Positions 13,474 to 26,603 are shown, counted from the stretch's first letter. The stretch: DNA of 64,000 nucleotides from Octopus sinensis (GCF_006345805.1 NC_043006.1:11532001-11596000), one strand, 5' to 3'. Notes: generated from the sequence alone by a model not told the origin. Program-made: numbers and translations.

Positions 13474-13709
13474 TAAGGCGGCGAGCTGGCAGAATCGTTT
13501 GCACGTCGGGCGAAATGCGTAGCCGTATTTCGTCTGCTGTCACGTGTTCTGGGTCCAAATTCCGCCGAGGTCGACTTTGCCTTTCATCCTTTCGGGGTCG
13601 ATAAATTAAGTACCAGTTACGCACTGGGGTCGATGTAATCGACTTGATCCCTTTGACTGTCCTTGTTTGTCCCCTCTATGTTTAGCCCCTTGTGGGTAGT
13701 AAAGAAATA
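13474..13709 (+). mobile_element. Full-length SINE-A monomer
   Basis: Head to AAGAAAT; flanked by ACATGTATGT / ATATGTATGT. Confidence 0.9.
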
Positions 13710-13719
13710 TATGTATGTT

Positions 13720-13927
13720 GTTGTTGTTGTTGTTAAGCAACAAGACGGGTAAGGGTGATTAGGTGATGGTCTAGGGCTTAGGGGTGGGAGACCCCAGACC
13801 TTGGGGAAAAAAAAAACTTTGGCCGTCTTGTTATAGTCGAGGTCTCTTAATTGACGCCCGACACCATTGGGAGGTGGCCCTCGAAGTCGCTGGAAATGGA
13901 GATCTCCAGGTCCAAATTCTTGAACGG
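13720..13927 (-). mobile_element. Probable 3' end of a non-LTR element with a (CAA)n tail and structured 3' UTR
   Basis: (CAA)n tail, 10-bp inverted repeat AACAAGACGG/CCGTCTTGTT, and 13-bp direct repeat CGTACATGTATGT at 13461 and 13928. Confidence 0.55.
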
Positions 13928-13976
13928 CGTACATGTATGTGACATTGTATGTCTGCATGTGTGTATGTGTATATAT

Positions 13977-14156
13977 ATTTCTTTACTACCCACAGGGGGC
14001 TAAACACAGAGAGGACAAACAAGGACAGACAAAGGGATTAAGTCGATTACATCGACCCCAGTGCGCAACTGGTACTTAATTTATCGACCCCGAAAGGATG
14101 AAAGGCAAAGTCGACCTCGGCGGAATTTGAACTCAGAACGTAACGGCAAACGAAAT
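13977..14156 (-). mobile_element. Headless SINE-A unit with 16-bp TSD
   Basis: Starts at TATTTCG; TSD TGTGTATGTGTATATA. Confidence 0.85.
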
Positions 14157-14857
14157 ATGTGTATGTGTATATATGTATGTGCGTATGTGTGCATGCATGT
14201 AGGTATGTACGTGTATACATGCATGCATAAATGTATATATGAATGTGTCATGAATGTATGTATGTATGCATGTGTGTATGTGTAATATAATTTAAGTATA
14301 TAAAATTAGCATTGTTAGTTAAGGGTGATTTTTTCTTTTTCATACAATTTCATACTTTTATCATAATAATTAAAAAATGTTTTTTTTATTTTTCGCCGTT
14401 TCTACGCAAGCTGTTCTCAACTCAATTATCTCTCATTAAATGCCATTATAAAGCAGACATCATAGAATGTCATGGAGGGGAAGGATTTTCTTGAAAACAC
14501 TTCATAACGTCAACCAGTTGATGCGCCTGAGCAAATGAATAAAAGCAAATCATATGAGAATAACCAAGGAATTAAAGAGAGATCCATAAATATTTAAACC
14601 TAACAGCAACATCTGACAGGAAAATACGAGAGCTTGTTGTTGCTAACGTTCATCACAGGTATGCGCTTATTTTATCGAGTCTAAGATCCTTAAGGGAGAG
14701 TTTACGAAAAAAACAAAAGACGAAGACAGATGGTGTACAAAACAAACAGATGTATTAGTATAACGCTCAGGAATAGAAAAAGTATTTTACGCTTCGAGCC
14801 TACGCTCTTATACAGAAAGGGACACAGAAAAAACAAGGAGAAAAAAAAATGTGGGTA

Positions 14858-15270
14858 GTGCAGAAGTGGCTGTGTGGTAAGTAGCTTATTTACTAACCAC
14901 ATGGTTCCGGGTTCAGTCCCACTGCGTGGCACCTTGGGCAAGTGTCTTCTACTATAGCCTCGGGCCGACCAAAGCCTTGTGAGTGGATTTGGTAGACAGA
15001 AACTGAAAGAAGCCCGTTGTATATATGTATATGTATGTGTCTGTGTTTGTGTGTCTGTGTTTGTCCCCCTAGCATTGCTTGACCACCGATGCTGGTGTGT
15101 TTATGTCCCCGTCACTTAGGGGTTCGGCAAAAAAAAGAGCTCGATAGAATAAGTACTGGGCTTACAAAGAATAAGTCCCGGGGTCGAGTTGCTCGATTAA
15201 AGGCGGTGCTCCAGCATGGCCGCAGTCAAATGACTGAAACAAGTAAAAGAGTAAAAGAGTAAGAGAGTGG
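14858..15270 (+). mobile_element. SINE-B
   Basis: Family head and tail. Confidence 0.9.
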
Positions 15271-15812
15271 CTAACGATCTATCATGGCGACAGTACTACA
15301 TCTAAAAATGTATTGCTAAGATCCTTAACATGGACTTTGAATTTTATTAGAGTACATACAATATTGTGCAAAAAAATCCTTGACCTTAACCACTAGAACA
15401 TGTCCCTTAGTGTCTGGCAACATGTGCATATCTGGTCATGAGCAGGAGTAGTGGGGGAGCAGTGTAGCCATGTGTTGAGAGGGATTGTTTGGGGTTTGAA
15501 TAGATATAACAAAAGCAGTGTTTGAACGAAATATTAGCCATTTTTCATAATTTCTAGGGGTAAGCAAACAGTTGCTACCCAGGGACAAAAATTGAATTAC
15601 AATGTGTAATTATTGGCTTCAAATTTTGGCACAAGGCCAGTAATTTCGGGGGTAGGAGTAAGTCGATTACATCGGCCCCAGTACTCAACTGGTGCATATT
15701 TTACCGATCCCGAAAGGATGAAAGGCAGAGTAGACCTCAGTGTAATTTAAACTCAGAATGTAAAGACGAGTGAATTGCTGCAAAGGATTTTGTCCGGTGT
15801 GTCCACGATTCT

Positions 15813-15982
15813 TATTTCTTTACTACCCACAAGGAGCTACACACAGAGGGGACAAACAGCGACAGACAAACAGCGACAGACAAACGGATTAAGTCGATTA
15901 TATCGACCCCAGTGCGTAACTGGTACTTATTTAATCGACCCCGAAAGGATGAAAGGCAAAGTTGACCTCGGCGGAATTTGAA
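15813..15982 (-). mobile_element. 5'-truncated SINE-A
   Basis: Family body and tail. Confidence 0.85.
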
Positions 15983-16844
15983 TATTCTCTTTAAGTGAAC
16001 ATTTTTCTGGTTGAAATACACCGAAAAATGGCGACACAGTAGTAAAAAAATCGTAAAAAAATAGGGATTTTCATAGAAAAAAAAGCACCTTTTTGAAGTA
16101 AATAATTTTTGGTCTTATAGAGAGATTTATTAATAGAGGCATTGTCTAAATTTATCCCTTATCTGCTTTATTAAAAATTGTTAGACGCATTCTCAGACTT
16201 CGTTCTTTCCACCTGCTTGATCAGCAGTCACCAAAGAGTAAAGTCCTCTTCGGTCTTGAATGACCGTGGGATTGCACCTAGAAAGTTACTCTCGGAAGCA
16301 CGAGTCTGGGCAAGGTTGTTTATGGAAGACCAGCAGTCACCCATGCACACCAGCATCCTTTCTCTCTCCACGCCACCGATGTTATCCAAGAGATAACATC
16401 GGCGGCTTGGCACCAGTGACATTGCAACTCATTTCTACAGCTGAGTGAACTGGAGTAATATGAAATAGAGTGTCTTGCTCAATAACACAACACACAGCTT
16501 CGTCTGAGAATCGAACTCACTTCCTCATGATTGTGAGCCCAACGCTCAAACCACTGATCTAATAGTATAGTGACTGCTGGAGGCAATCACTATACTATTA
16601 AATTCGAGGCAATCACTATACTATTAAATTCGCAACGGTCTTGAGAGAATTGGTTAAGACAGCTTGCGTACATAACCTTTGGGCCAACTAAGAGCCTTTA
16701 GCTTTTTTTTTCAAGTTAGTGATTTTATTCTTGACTACACGAATCCTCTTTGTCATGACTGACCTATCTGATATGTCAATATGGCCTTCGATAGTTTTTT
16801 TTAACTATACATTTTAGTGACTTTCTGTGAAATGTCAATATCTA

Positions 16845-17076
16845 TTTCTTTACTACCCACAAGGGGCTAAACACAGAGAGGACAAACAAGGACAGACAAA
16901 TGGATTAAGTCGATTATATCGACCCCAGTGCGTAACTGGTACTTAATTTATCGACCCTGAAAGGATGAAAGGCATAGTCGACCTCGTGGGAATTTGAACT
17001 CAGAGCATAGCTGCAGACGAAATACCGCTAAGCATTTCGCTCGGCGTGCTAACGTTTCTGCCAGCTCGCCGCCTTT
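16845..17076 (-). mobile_element. Full-length SINE-A with 14-bp TSD
   Basis: TSD TGAAATGTCAATAT. Confidence 0.9.
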
Positions 17077-17644
17077 TGAAATGTCAATATGATGAACTAG
17101 TATCTAACTCTGACGTCTCTTTTTGTTATCTTTTCATTCGGCACCATTTTCGTAGCTTTGGTAAAAGTTCCGATATCGATCATATAAGTATTATTACTGA
17201 TGTTGGTACCATATTCTGGCGTTATTCTGTTTAGTCGTCTAGCGTTCTAATTAAAACCTTTCCTTTCACTCTAGATCTTAGAGTAATATTGGTTCCAAGT
17301 TTTGGCACAAGGTCAGCAATTTTGGGGAAGCGTAAGTCCACTACATCGATGATACTTATTTTATTGACCCAAAAGGATGAAAGGCAAAGTCGGACTCCAC
17401 GGTATTTTAACTCAAAATATAAAGAAATGCTGCTAAGCGTTTTTCTGGTGCGCTAACGATTCTGCCAGCTCGCTGCCTTAGAACTTGGAGCAATATTGTC
17501 AAATAACTTTCAGCTTGAGAATGGCCGGAATTTTTGTCCTGCGCTCGTTCAAAAATTATAGTCAAAAACCTGCAATGTAACAGTAGCTTAGAGAAACTGG
17601 AAAAAAGTTTACCAAACCGAAGTTTAAAAATACTTTTAAGCAGT

Positions 17645-18060
17645 AGGCGTAGGGGTGGCTGTGTGGTAAGTAGCTTGCTTACGAACCGCATGGTTCCGGG
17701 TTCAGTCCCACTGCGTGGAATCTTGGGCAAGTGTCTTCTACTACAGCCTTGCGCCGACAAAAGCCTTATGAGTGGATTTGGTACACAGAAACTGAAAGAA
17801 GTCCGTCGTATATATGTATATATATATATGTGTGTGTGTGTATATGTTTGTGTGTCTGTGTTTGTCTCCCCCAACATCGCTTGACAACCGATGCTGGTTT
17901 GTTTACGCCCCCATAACTTAGCGGTTCGGCAAAAGAGACCGATAGAATAAGTACTAGGCTTACAAAGAATAAGTTCTGGGGTCGATTTGCTCGACTAAAG
18001 GCGGTGCTCCGGCATGGCCACAGTCAAATGACTGAAACAAGTAAAAGAGTAAAAGAGAGA
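17645..18060 (+). mobile_element. SINE-B
   Basis: Family head and tail. Confidence 0.9.
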
Positions 18061-18511
18061 GTGAGAGTGTCTGTACTCTATGAATATCTCTGTCGGATCG
18101 GTATACGAAGATATTTGAGAATTGGTTGCGATGGTTTTTACATTTTTATCGGTCTCTTGTATGGCAGTTTTTGGCTGGCTTCGAATGTATTCAGAAAGTC
18201 AACTAAAATCACAATAATTGGCATAACGAATGTCATCTTTGACAGTCGCTTTGCAAGCATAGAAATATGTCTGTTATCGAAGCTGTTTAGCAGTGAAGTG
18301 GTTTGTGTTTGGACGAAGTCGATTTCATACAAGTGTTGATTGCCTTGCAGCAATTCAAAAGTAAAGTCGACCCTGGAAGTGTAAATGAAGTATTTAGCAT
18401 TTAGGAAAGGAATGGATTCTTTGGATACTTTAATTTGATCATCTTCCAATTGCATTTGCATAATTAGATAAAAATATATTCCCCCGAATATTTATAAAAA
18501 ATTTGATATAT

Positions 18512-18846
18512 ATATTTCTTTACTGCCCACAAGGGGCTAAACATAGAGAAGACAAAAAAGGACAGACAAAGGGATTAAGTCGATTACATCGACCCCAGTG
18601 CGAAACTGGTACTTTATTTATTGACCCCGAAAGGATGAAAGGCAAAGTCGACCCCGGCAGAATTTGAACTCAGAACGTAACGGCAAACGAAATACGGCTA
18701 CGTCCCCCGTAACTTAGCGGTTCGGCAAAGGAGCCTGATGGAATAAGTACTAGGCTAACAAAGAATAAGTCCTGGGGTCAATTTGCTCGACTAAAGGCGG
18801 TGCTCCAGTATGGCCACAGTCAAATGACTGAACCAAGTAAAAGAGT
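18512..18846. mobile_element. SINE-A (-) fused to the 3' half of a SINE-B (+)
   Basis: Family sequences abut at about 18700. Confidence 0.8.
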
Positions 18847-19114
18847 ATACATCTACATATGCAATACTTCAACGCACCGTCAGTACTGTATTCTGGGATC
18901 ACTAGGTATTTCGGGTCCTGAAATAAACATCGTCCTTCGGGCGATAGGTGGGTCAAACACAGGCTTCTGTCCAAGTGGTATTCATCTGCACCATCTTGAT
19001 GCTTTCTCAGAAGCCTCAATTGGATCTTGATTATTCAAAGACAACTAAAAGACTAATGACTAATGACTAATTCATGATTATTGGAAGCTCTTTATATTCG
19101 AAGCATCATTTTGA

Positions 19115-19363
19115 TATTCTCTTTACTCTTTTACTTGTTTCAGTCATTTGGCTGCGGCCATGCTGGAGCACCGCCTTTAATCGAGCAACTCAACCCCGGG
19201 ACTTATTCTTTTGTAAGCCCAGTACTTATTCTATCGGTCTCTTTTGCCGAACCGCTAAGTAACGGGGACATAAACAAACCAGCATCGGTTGTCAAGCAAT
19301 GCTAGGGGGACAAACACAGACACACAAACACACAGACATACATATATATATATATATATATAT

Positions 19364-19426
<63 letters not shown>

Positions 19427-19640
19427 TACGACAGGCTTCTTTCAGTTTCCGTCTACCAAATCCACTTACAAGGTATTGGTCGGCCCGGAGCTATAGCAGA
19501 AGACACTTGCCCAAGATGCCACGCAGTGGGACTGAACCCGGAACCATGTGGTTGGTTAGCAAGCTACTTACCACACAGCCACTCCTGCATATACAGCGTT
19601 AGCAAGCTACTTACCACACAGCCACTCCTGCATATACAGC
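19115..19640 (-). mobile_element. SINE-B with a 43-bp tandem duplication of its 5' junction (19555-19640)
   Basis: GTTAGCAAGCTACTTACCACACAGCCACTCCTGCATATACAGC occurs twice. Confidence 0.9.
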
Positions 19641-19964
19641 AAGGATTTTAATACAGTCAATATTTACTGGGTTTTTTTATTAGTTTCGAATTCTGGCACA
19701 AAGCCAGCAATTTCGGAGGAGGAGGTACGTAGATTCTATCAATCCCAGTGCTCAGCTATTACTTATTTTATCGATCTTGAAATGAAGGAAGGCAAAGTCG
19801 ACTTTGACGAAACTGGACTCATAACTTAAAGATGAACGAAACGCCGCTAAACATTTTTCCCGGTTTACCAACGATTCTACCAGCTCACTGACTTGAGACA
19901 CGTGTTTTACTTTTTACATTAACTGTAAATGCTGTGAAATGTTTCTAAAATATTTCAAGAATCC

Positions 19965-20370
19965 AATGGCGCGTGCTTGGCCGTGTGGTAAGTAGCTTGC
20001 TTCCCAACCACATGGTTCCGGGTTCAGTCCCACTACGTGGTACCTTGGGCCAGTGTCTTCTACTACAGCCTTGGGCAAACCAAAGCCTTGTGAGTGGATT
20101 TGGTAGAGGGAACTGAAAGAAGCCCATTGCATATGTATATGTATATCTTTATGTGTGTGTCTTTATGTCTGTGCTTGTCTCCCCACCACCACCTCTTGAC
20201 AACCGATGTTGGTATGTTTACGTCCCCGTAACTTAGCGGTTCAGCAAAAGAGACAGATAGAATAAGTACCAAGCTTTCAAAGAATAAGTCATGGAGTCGA
20301 TTTCGTCAACTAAAAGGCAGTGCTCCAGCATGGTTGCAGTCAAATGACTGAAACTCATAAAAGAATAATG
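19965..20370 (+). mobile_element. SINE-B, diverged
   Basis: Family head and tail. Confidence 0.85.
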
Positions 20371-20471
20371 CTCCTTTTTTTTTACTTTTAAATTCATAAA
20401 AATAATAGCTTTCTGAAGATCGAGAGAACAAACTGGTCACAGAAAATAAGGGATCTAATTTCCTGTAACTG

Positions 20472-20769
20472 TTCCTTCTCGAGCCATACCTGGCTCATAA
20501 GGGCCAGTTTCCCGGTTTTCTTGGCGTATAGGTTCCCGACCTAGACGGGACGCCGGTCCGTCGCAGGTGAGCCGCAAGATGCAGGAGGAAAGAGTGAGAG
20601 AAAGTTGTGGAGAAAGTGTCAGCAGAAGTTCGCCATTACCTTCTGCCGGAGCCGCATGGAGCTTAGGTGTTTCGCTCATAAACATGAAACATCGCCCGGT
20701 CTGAGATTCGAACCCGCGATCGCTCGATCGTGAGTCCGCTGCTCTAACCACTAGGTCATATGCCTCCAC
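20472..20769 (-). mobile_element. SINE-D (SINE-C-like head, different tail) with 15-bp TSD
   Basis: TSD AATTTCCTGTAACTG; sister copy at 54186-54488. Confidence 0.9.
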
Positions 20770-20914
20770 AATTTCCTGTAACTGAGGAAACGCCACAAAA
20801 TTCTAGGGGGAAAGCTTGGCACTATACAAATTTCTTTGATCAAGGAAAAATAGCCCCATATTTTTAATTATCAACTACATCTCAAGATAATTAGCTAATT
20901 AATATATGCTATAT

Positions 20915-21210
20915 ACAACAAACGTGGCCCAGTAGTTAGGGCAGCGGACTCGCAGTTGTAGGATCGCGGTTTCGATTCCCAGACCGGGCGTTGTGAGTGT
21001 TTATTGAGCGAAAACACCTAAAGCTCCACGAGCCTCCGGCAGGGGATGGTGGTGATCCCTGCTCTACTCTTTCACCACAGCTTTCTCTCACTCTTTCTTC
21101 TGTTGGCCTGTTCGCTTAGCCAGCTGGGTGGCATCATTTCAAGGCTAAAACAATGCGAAGCGCATTGTGACCAGCGATGTGTAGCAACATCTGATAGTCT
21201 GATCGGTCAA
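20915..21210 (+). mobile_element. SINE-C head with a third type of 3' half
   Basis: Matches SINE-C to about 21100, then diverges. Confidence 0.75.
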
Positions 21211-21569
21211 CAGAGAATTTATATAAATAAATAATTCGTTAAGATATTTTTTTCATTATTAACATAGTTGCTGCTGTTTAGAAATAAGATTTAAACTAAA
21301 TTGTAAAAGTTTGTAATTATTTACAGGGTGTTTGTTCTTGTACACATTTTGAAATCAAGAAAAAAATATTATATTTCTTTGTTATTCAGATGTAGTATAT
21401 CGATATCTCTTATGATCAATCGATAATTATTATTGAAAATATGCAATGTACTGTGCTTACCATGGTAGAAAAGGCTGTTTGCGTATAATTTTGTCGGGAA
21501 AGATATTTACAATCCATATATTATTTGAAGCTGTAGTAATTTCTCTATGGCATATGTATATGTATGTAT

Positions 21570-21608
21570 ACATGTATGCATTTAAATATGAATATATATA
21601 TATTATAT

Positions 21609-21660
<52 letters not shown>

Positions 21661-21712
21661 CTGTGTGTGTGTGTGTACATACATAATATTCATATATAAG
21701 CATATATATGCA

Positions 21713-21805
<93 letters not shown>

Positions 21806-21826
21806 TTCTGTCTATCTATCTATCTA

Positions 21827-21878
<52 letters not shown>

Positions 21879-22196
21879 TTTATCTATCTGTCTATATAGT
21901 TATATATGTTCTTACGTTTACATTCGTAAAATGATTGCTTTTCACATACTATGTGTCTACGTGTACAATACATACATATATACATACACATACATACATA
22001 CATACATACATACATACATACATACATACATACATACATACATACACACATACGTACATACATATTTGCATGCATACATACACACACACACATTCATTTA
22101 TACATACATATATACATACATACACAAACACACATACATACATACATACATACATACACACATACACATACATGCATACATACATACATACATACA

Positions 22197-22232
<36 letters not shown>

Positions 22233-22300
22233 TACACACATGCATACATACACATACATATATACACATACATACATACATACATACATACATACATACA

Positions 22301-22336
<36 letters not shown>

Positions 22337-22380
22337 TATATATGCATGCATACACACCTGTATACATATACACTTATATA
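21570..22380. repeat. Compound (TA)n/(CTAT)n/(CTGT)n/(TACA)n microsatellite block
   Basis: Direct reading; source of the spurious YIHT/MYVC ORFs. Confidence 0.95.
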
Positions 22381-23287
22381 CGCGCATCCCCCATACAAAC
22401 TTTCAAAAATAGTTTTCAAGGCTCCGTTGTATTTTGTGAGCAAGATTAGCTAATGAAGTGTGATACGTTATAGAAATTTTCCAATAAAACATTTTCCAAC
22501 ATCAATTCTCAATCTGGTTACCTTTATCATTCAGCAAGCACTATAATTTATGAAAACAGAATCTTTTTAAATCGGTTTCATATGGACAGAGACCGTATCA
22601 TACGTGGATTTATTACACTTGGATAAATCAACTGAAATGGAAAAATTACCATTGTACCCAGCAAATTTTAAGAAAAATATAAACATAAAGAACAAGAATC
22701 CCCAAAGCATCATTGTTGATGTGGTTTTGCAGTAATATTATATTATGGTTTTTGTGCTACAATTTATGGTTTAAACAATCAAATATCTCATATTCTAAGG
22801 TTCATTTTGAACCGAATTACATTCGCTCCAAATATGTTACAAGTGAAATGCATAAATTCCTTTGATTAATTTCGAAAACTTCTACGATTCATTCGAAGCT
22901 TTCAATTTCAGTGAATCATGGGTTTTATCTGTATTTTTAATAAGATAATCACAGATTATCATCATAAAAAATGTTGCTTAATAAACAATTCAAAAGATAA
23001 ACATCCTTCTTTTCTCTACTGACAGAAAAGAAAATAATCATTTCTTTTTCTGAAAATAAGTCACCAAACATAAACCCTAAAAAATACACTTCTCATCTTC
23101 TTACGCATTTTTTATTCTTTAATCTTCATATACTTTAGTTACATTTATATTTTTGCATTTATATACACACTTGAATATTTGTAGATTAAAATACCGGTAT
23201 GTATAACGTTTATAATGAGTATACAAATGAGAAACGGTATTAGTTGTAATATTTTCTCCAAGAGAAACTTCTCAGAACTTCGGTTGA

Positions 23288-23333
23288 TCACCAGACACGA
23301 GGTTTCGATTTTATTTGGTCTCCTCAGTGATGA
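23288..23333 (-). ncRNA. Degenerate type-I hammerhead ribozyme motif
   Basis: TCATCA-CTGAGGA-GA..TC-GAAAC-ctcgt-GTC-TGGTGA; 6-bp stem I but only a 2-bp stem II. Confidence 0.45.
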
Positions 23334-23649
23334 ATACCTCACGCGCTCTGAGTCCAAACGATAATGCTCGTTCTGACAAAGAATAGATAAAATTCGGGCT
23401 AGATATAATCCTTAGCTAGCTTCTACACAAATCAGTAAATGCTTTCTTTACCGATTTCTAAATCGGAACAAGAATTTTCGGTTTAGCCCAAAATACCTGG
23501 TGTTTTCGTTATTGAATTGGCAAATACGACGAAATTCTAAGCGAGGCCTTGTAACATACACATCTTTTTGAGAATTTTCTTTCAGATACGGTATTTCAGA
23601 TACGGTATAATGCCGTTTCACTTTTGTGTTCACTTATAAATATTATACA

Positions 23650-24132
<483 letters not shown>

Positions 24133-24379
24133 AGAAATGAGGTATTCAGAAATTCGGATGGTTTTGATATTTTACAGATATTTATTTATATATTACATGT
24201 TTCTATATATCTATATCATATATTAGCGCTTTCGTTCATTCTAGTGGAGTTTTCAAATTTAACTAAGTTCTTGGGGAAATTTTGACCATTTTTTATAGTG
24301 TTATTGAGTGTGTAGTGGTGGGGAGGGATATAAGATAGTACAAGACGGTGATGAATGGGGAGAAAGTGAGGGAGAGCAT

Positions 24380-25240
24380 GTGTGTGTTTGTATCTGAAAG
24401 AAGTGTTAAAGAAAAAGAGGGAAAGGAAGAAAAGGGAGAGAAAGAAGAAAATATTGTTTTGTTGGTCTCTTGGTAGCTGGTCAGGATGTTTACTCCAAGG
24501 GGGGCAAAATGTCACTTTTCAAAAAATTGTCTGGATTTCTTTTTTATCATTGTTTAGTGAGTGTGTGTGTGTGTGTGTGTGTGTTTGTATCTGAAAGGGG
24601 TATTAAAGATAAAGAAGGAAAGGAGGAAGAAGGGGAGAAATTTTGTTGATATCTTTGCAGTTTGGTAGGTTTGTCAATAATAATTCTTGGCTTACAGTGA
24701 TTATAAATTCAGCTGTTTTCTCCAACGGGGGCAAAATGTCACTTTTCAATAAATTGTTTGTATTTCCTTGTTATCATTATCTTGTGACAGTGTGTGTGTG
24801 TTTATGTGCGCGCGTGTGTGTGTATGCATTTGTGTGTGTTTGTGTTTTTGTATCTGAAAGAGGTGTTAAGGAGGAATGGTCAAGTTGTTAAAAATAATCA
24901 GTCATTGGATTTTAGCAATGGTCAAGCCAGCTGGGGGCCAAAATGTTACTTTTCAAAAAATTGTCAGGATTTTCTTTTTATCATTGTCTTGTGAGAAAGT
25001 GTGTGTGTATGTGTGTGGGTGTCTGCGTATCTGAAAGGAGTGTAAAAAAAAGTGTTTATATTTTTGCGGCTGTAAATGATTTTTGGTTTTTAAAAATTGG
25101 TCACTTCAAAGGGCTGTAAAATGTCACTTCCCAAAAAATTGTCTGGATTTCTTTTTATTATTGTTTTGTGAGTGTGTGTGTATGTGTATGTGTGTTGTGT
25201 GTGTGCGTGTGTGGGTGTGGGTGCCTGTGAATCTGGAATG
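24380..25240. repeat. Degenerate 4-5 module array (about 180-230 bp period)
   Basis: Core GGGGCAAAATGTCACTTTTCAAAAAATTGT at about 24501, 24727, 24933 and 25111, each followed by (GT)n and TGTATCTGAAAG. Confidence 0.75.
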
Positions 25241-25547
25241 GGTGTCGTTGGAGAAGGGAAGAAAGAAGAAAAAGGGGAAGAGGAAATAATCGTGTTGATA
25301 TTTATACCACTATTCAGTTCTTTCAATCCAATGTTTGATTCCTGTGCTTACACGGGATGGAAAATCTGGATTAGAAATTGTTTTTATTTATGTATATGTA
25401 CATATGTATAGAACTGTGTGTGTATGTATGTTTGTGTGTGTGTGTGTGTGCGTGTGTGTGTGTTTAATACAATTTACTTTACAAATTTGGTCCTTCATCT
25501 AGTACAACTTATAGAAATATTTTCATCCATTTAATTTGGGGGAGAAC

Positions 25548-26145
25548 TTAGTTATGAAGTATTTTTTCCATATTTCTCCTGAAGGAGTTGTCATTCTTTG
25601 GACATTTGTAGAAGGGAAAGTTCTTAAATTTTCCTTCTCCACATGTATCTAGGTGTTTACTCAGTGGTATTTTGCGCAGTTCCTCCTGTCGGACATGTTG
25701 TCGGTGAATTCTGGATCGTTGGCATAAAGAATTTCCAGTTTCACCTATATAATCCTCCTTGGATGTGGGGCAGGTTCTGCGTCTTGCAGTTAATATCTGC
25801 ATTTACTTTGAATATGTGACCACTTTTAGATTTCATTTCTTTGTCTCCCTCTATGTATTTGTAGGTGGAGTTGCTGCAGATCCCACATCTACCATCTCCG
25901 CACTCTTTTACAAAGAATTCAGTTTTAGTTTCTGATGAGAATTTCGCTCTTGTTAGTTGTTTCTTCAGGTTTTTGTCTTGTCGTCTACTGTTTTGTATGC
26001 AATATTTGTTTAGTATGTTTTCCATTTTGGGGCTTTGTAGGATTATTGGTAGGTTTGAATGTATGATTTGAAAGATGTTGGTAACTCCAGGGTTGTGTGT
26101 GTTTATGAAAGGGATAATGTTTTCTTTGTTTTTTTAAGTAGGAGG
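25548..26145 (-). pseudogene. Penelope-like retroelement C-terminal fragment (post-RT linker, Cys motif, GIY-YIG endonuclease), frameshifted
   Basis: IIPFINTHNPG..NIFQII, CGDGRCGIC, HIFKVNADINCKTQNL, YIGETGNSLCQRSRIHRQH. Confidence 0.9.
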
Positions 26146-26530
26146 AAATGTGCACGGATTCAAAGTAAATTAATAATCCCGGACAGCATTCAGCAACTCA
26201 ACTAAATATCGTGAATATGAAGCAAACATGTAACTAATTGCCATATTCACTTAGCTCTTCTGTGATTTATTTGAAACCTTTGTTTCATTATTCATGTTTG
26301 AATTTTGTAATAGAATTACGACACTTCCTTGCTTTTTAACTTCTTTCGTTCAAATCGCGATTCTCAGTCTCGCAAACATTTCGTCTTTTACTTTTACTTT
26401 CTTCCCTCTGTGTCTGTTTCTGTCTTCAACAGCTGCTGTGAGTGTTCCCTTCATGTTTTTCTTTGGTGTATATACATAGAAAAACTACTTGCTCAACAAA
26501 TGTTGGCTATGTCCATGTCGGTTTAAAATA

Positions 26531-26603
26531 TTACCTGATGATGGTGGATTCTATGTCATGGACGACTATATTAAATAAAATTCTACCGAAACAGCTGCCG
26601 TAA
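26531..26603 (+). ncRNA. Type-I hammerhead motif with mutated cleavage triplet (GCC)
   Basis: TTAC-CTGATGA-tGGTGGA...TCTACC-GAAAC-AGCT-GCC-GTAA. Confidence 0.65.

Noticed and set aside
18138-19030. 100-aa ORFs on both strands, with in-frame TGA codons suggesting selenocysteine or a mitochondrial code
   Set aside because: No recognisable domain, SECIS or mitochondrial gene similarity; the region is interleaved with SINE debris.
21446-22453. Long ORFs (150-172 aa) of YIHT/MYVC/YLSI type; likewise 23596-24000, 52391-52710 and 61851-62374
   Set aside because: Translations of microsatellites that lack stop codons.
24380-25240. CRISPR-like repeat/spacer appearance (also the 184-bp array)
   Set aside because: Eukaryotic context, no cas genes, repeats degenerate or SINE-derived.
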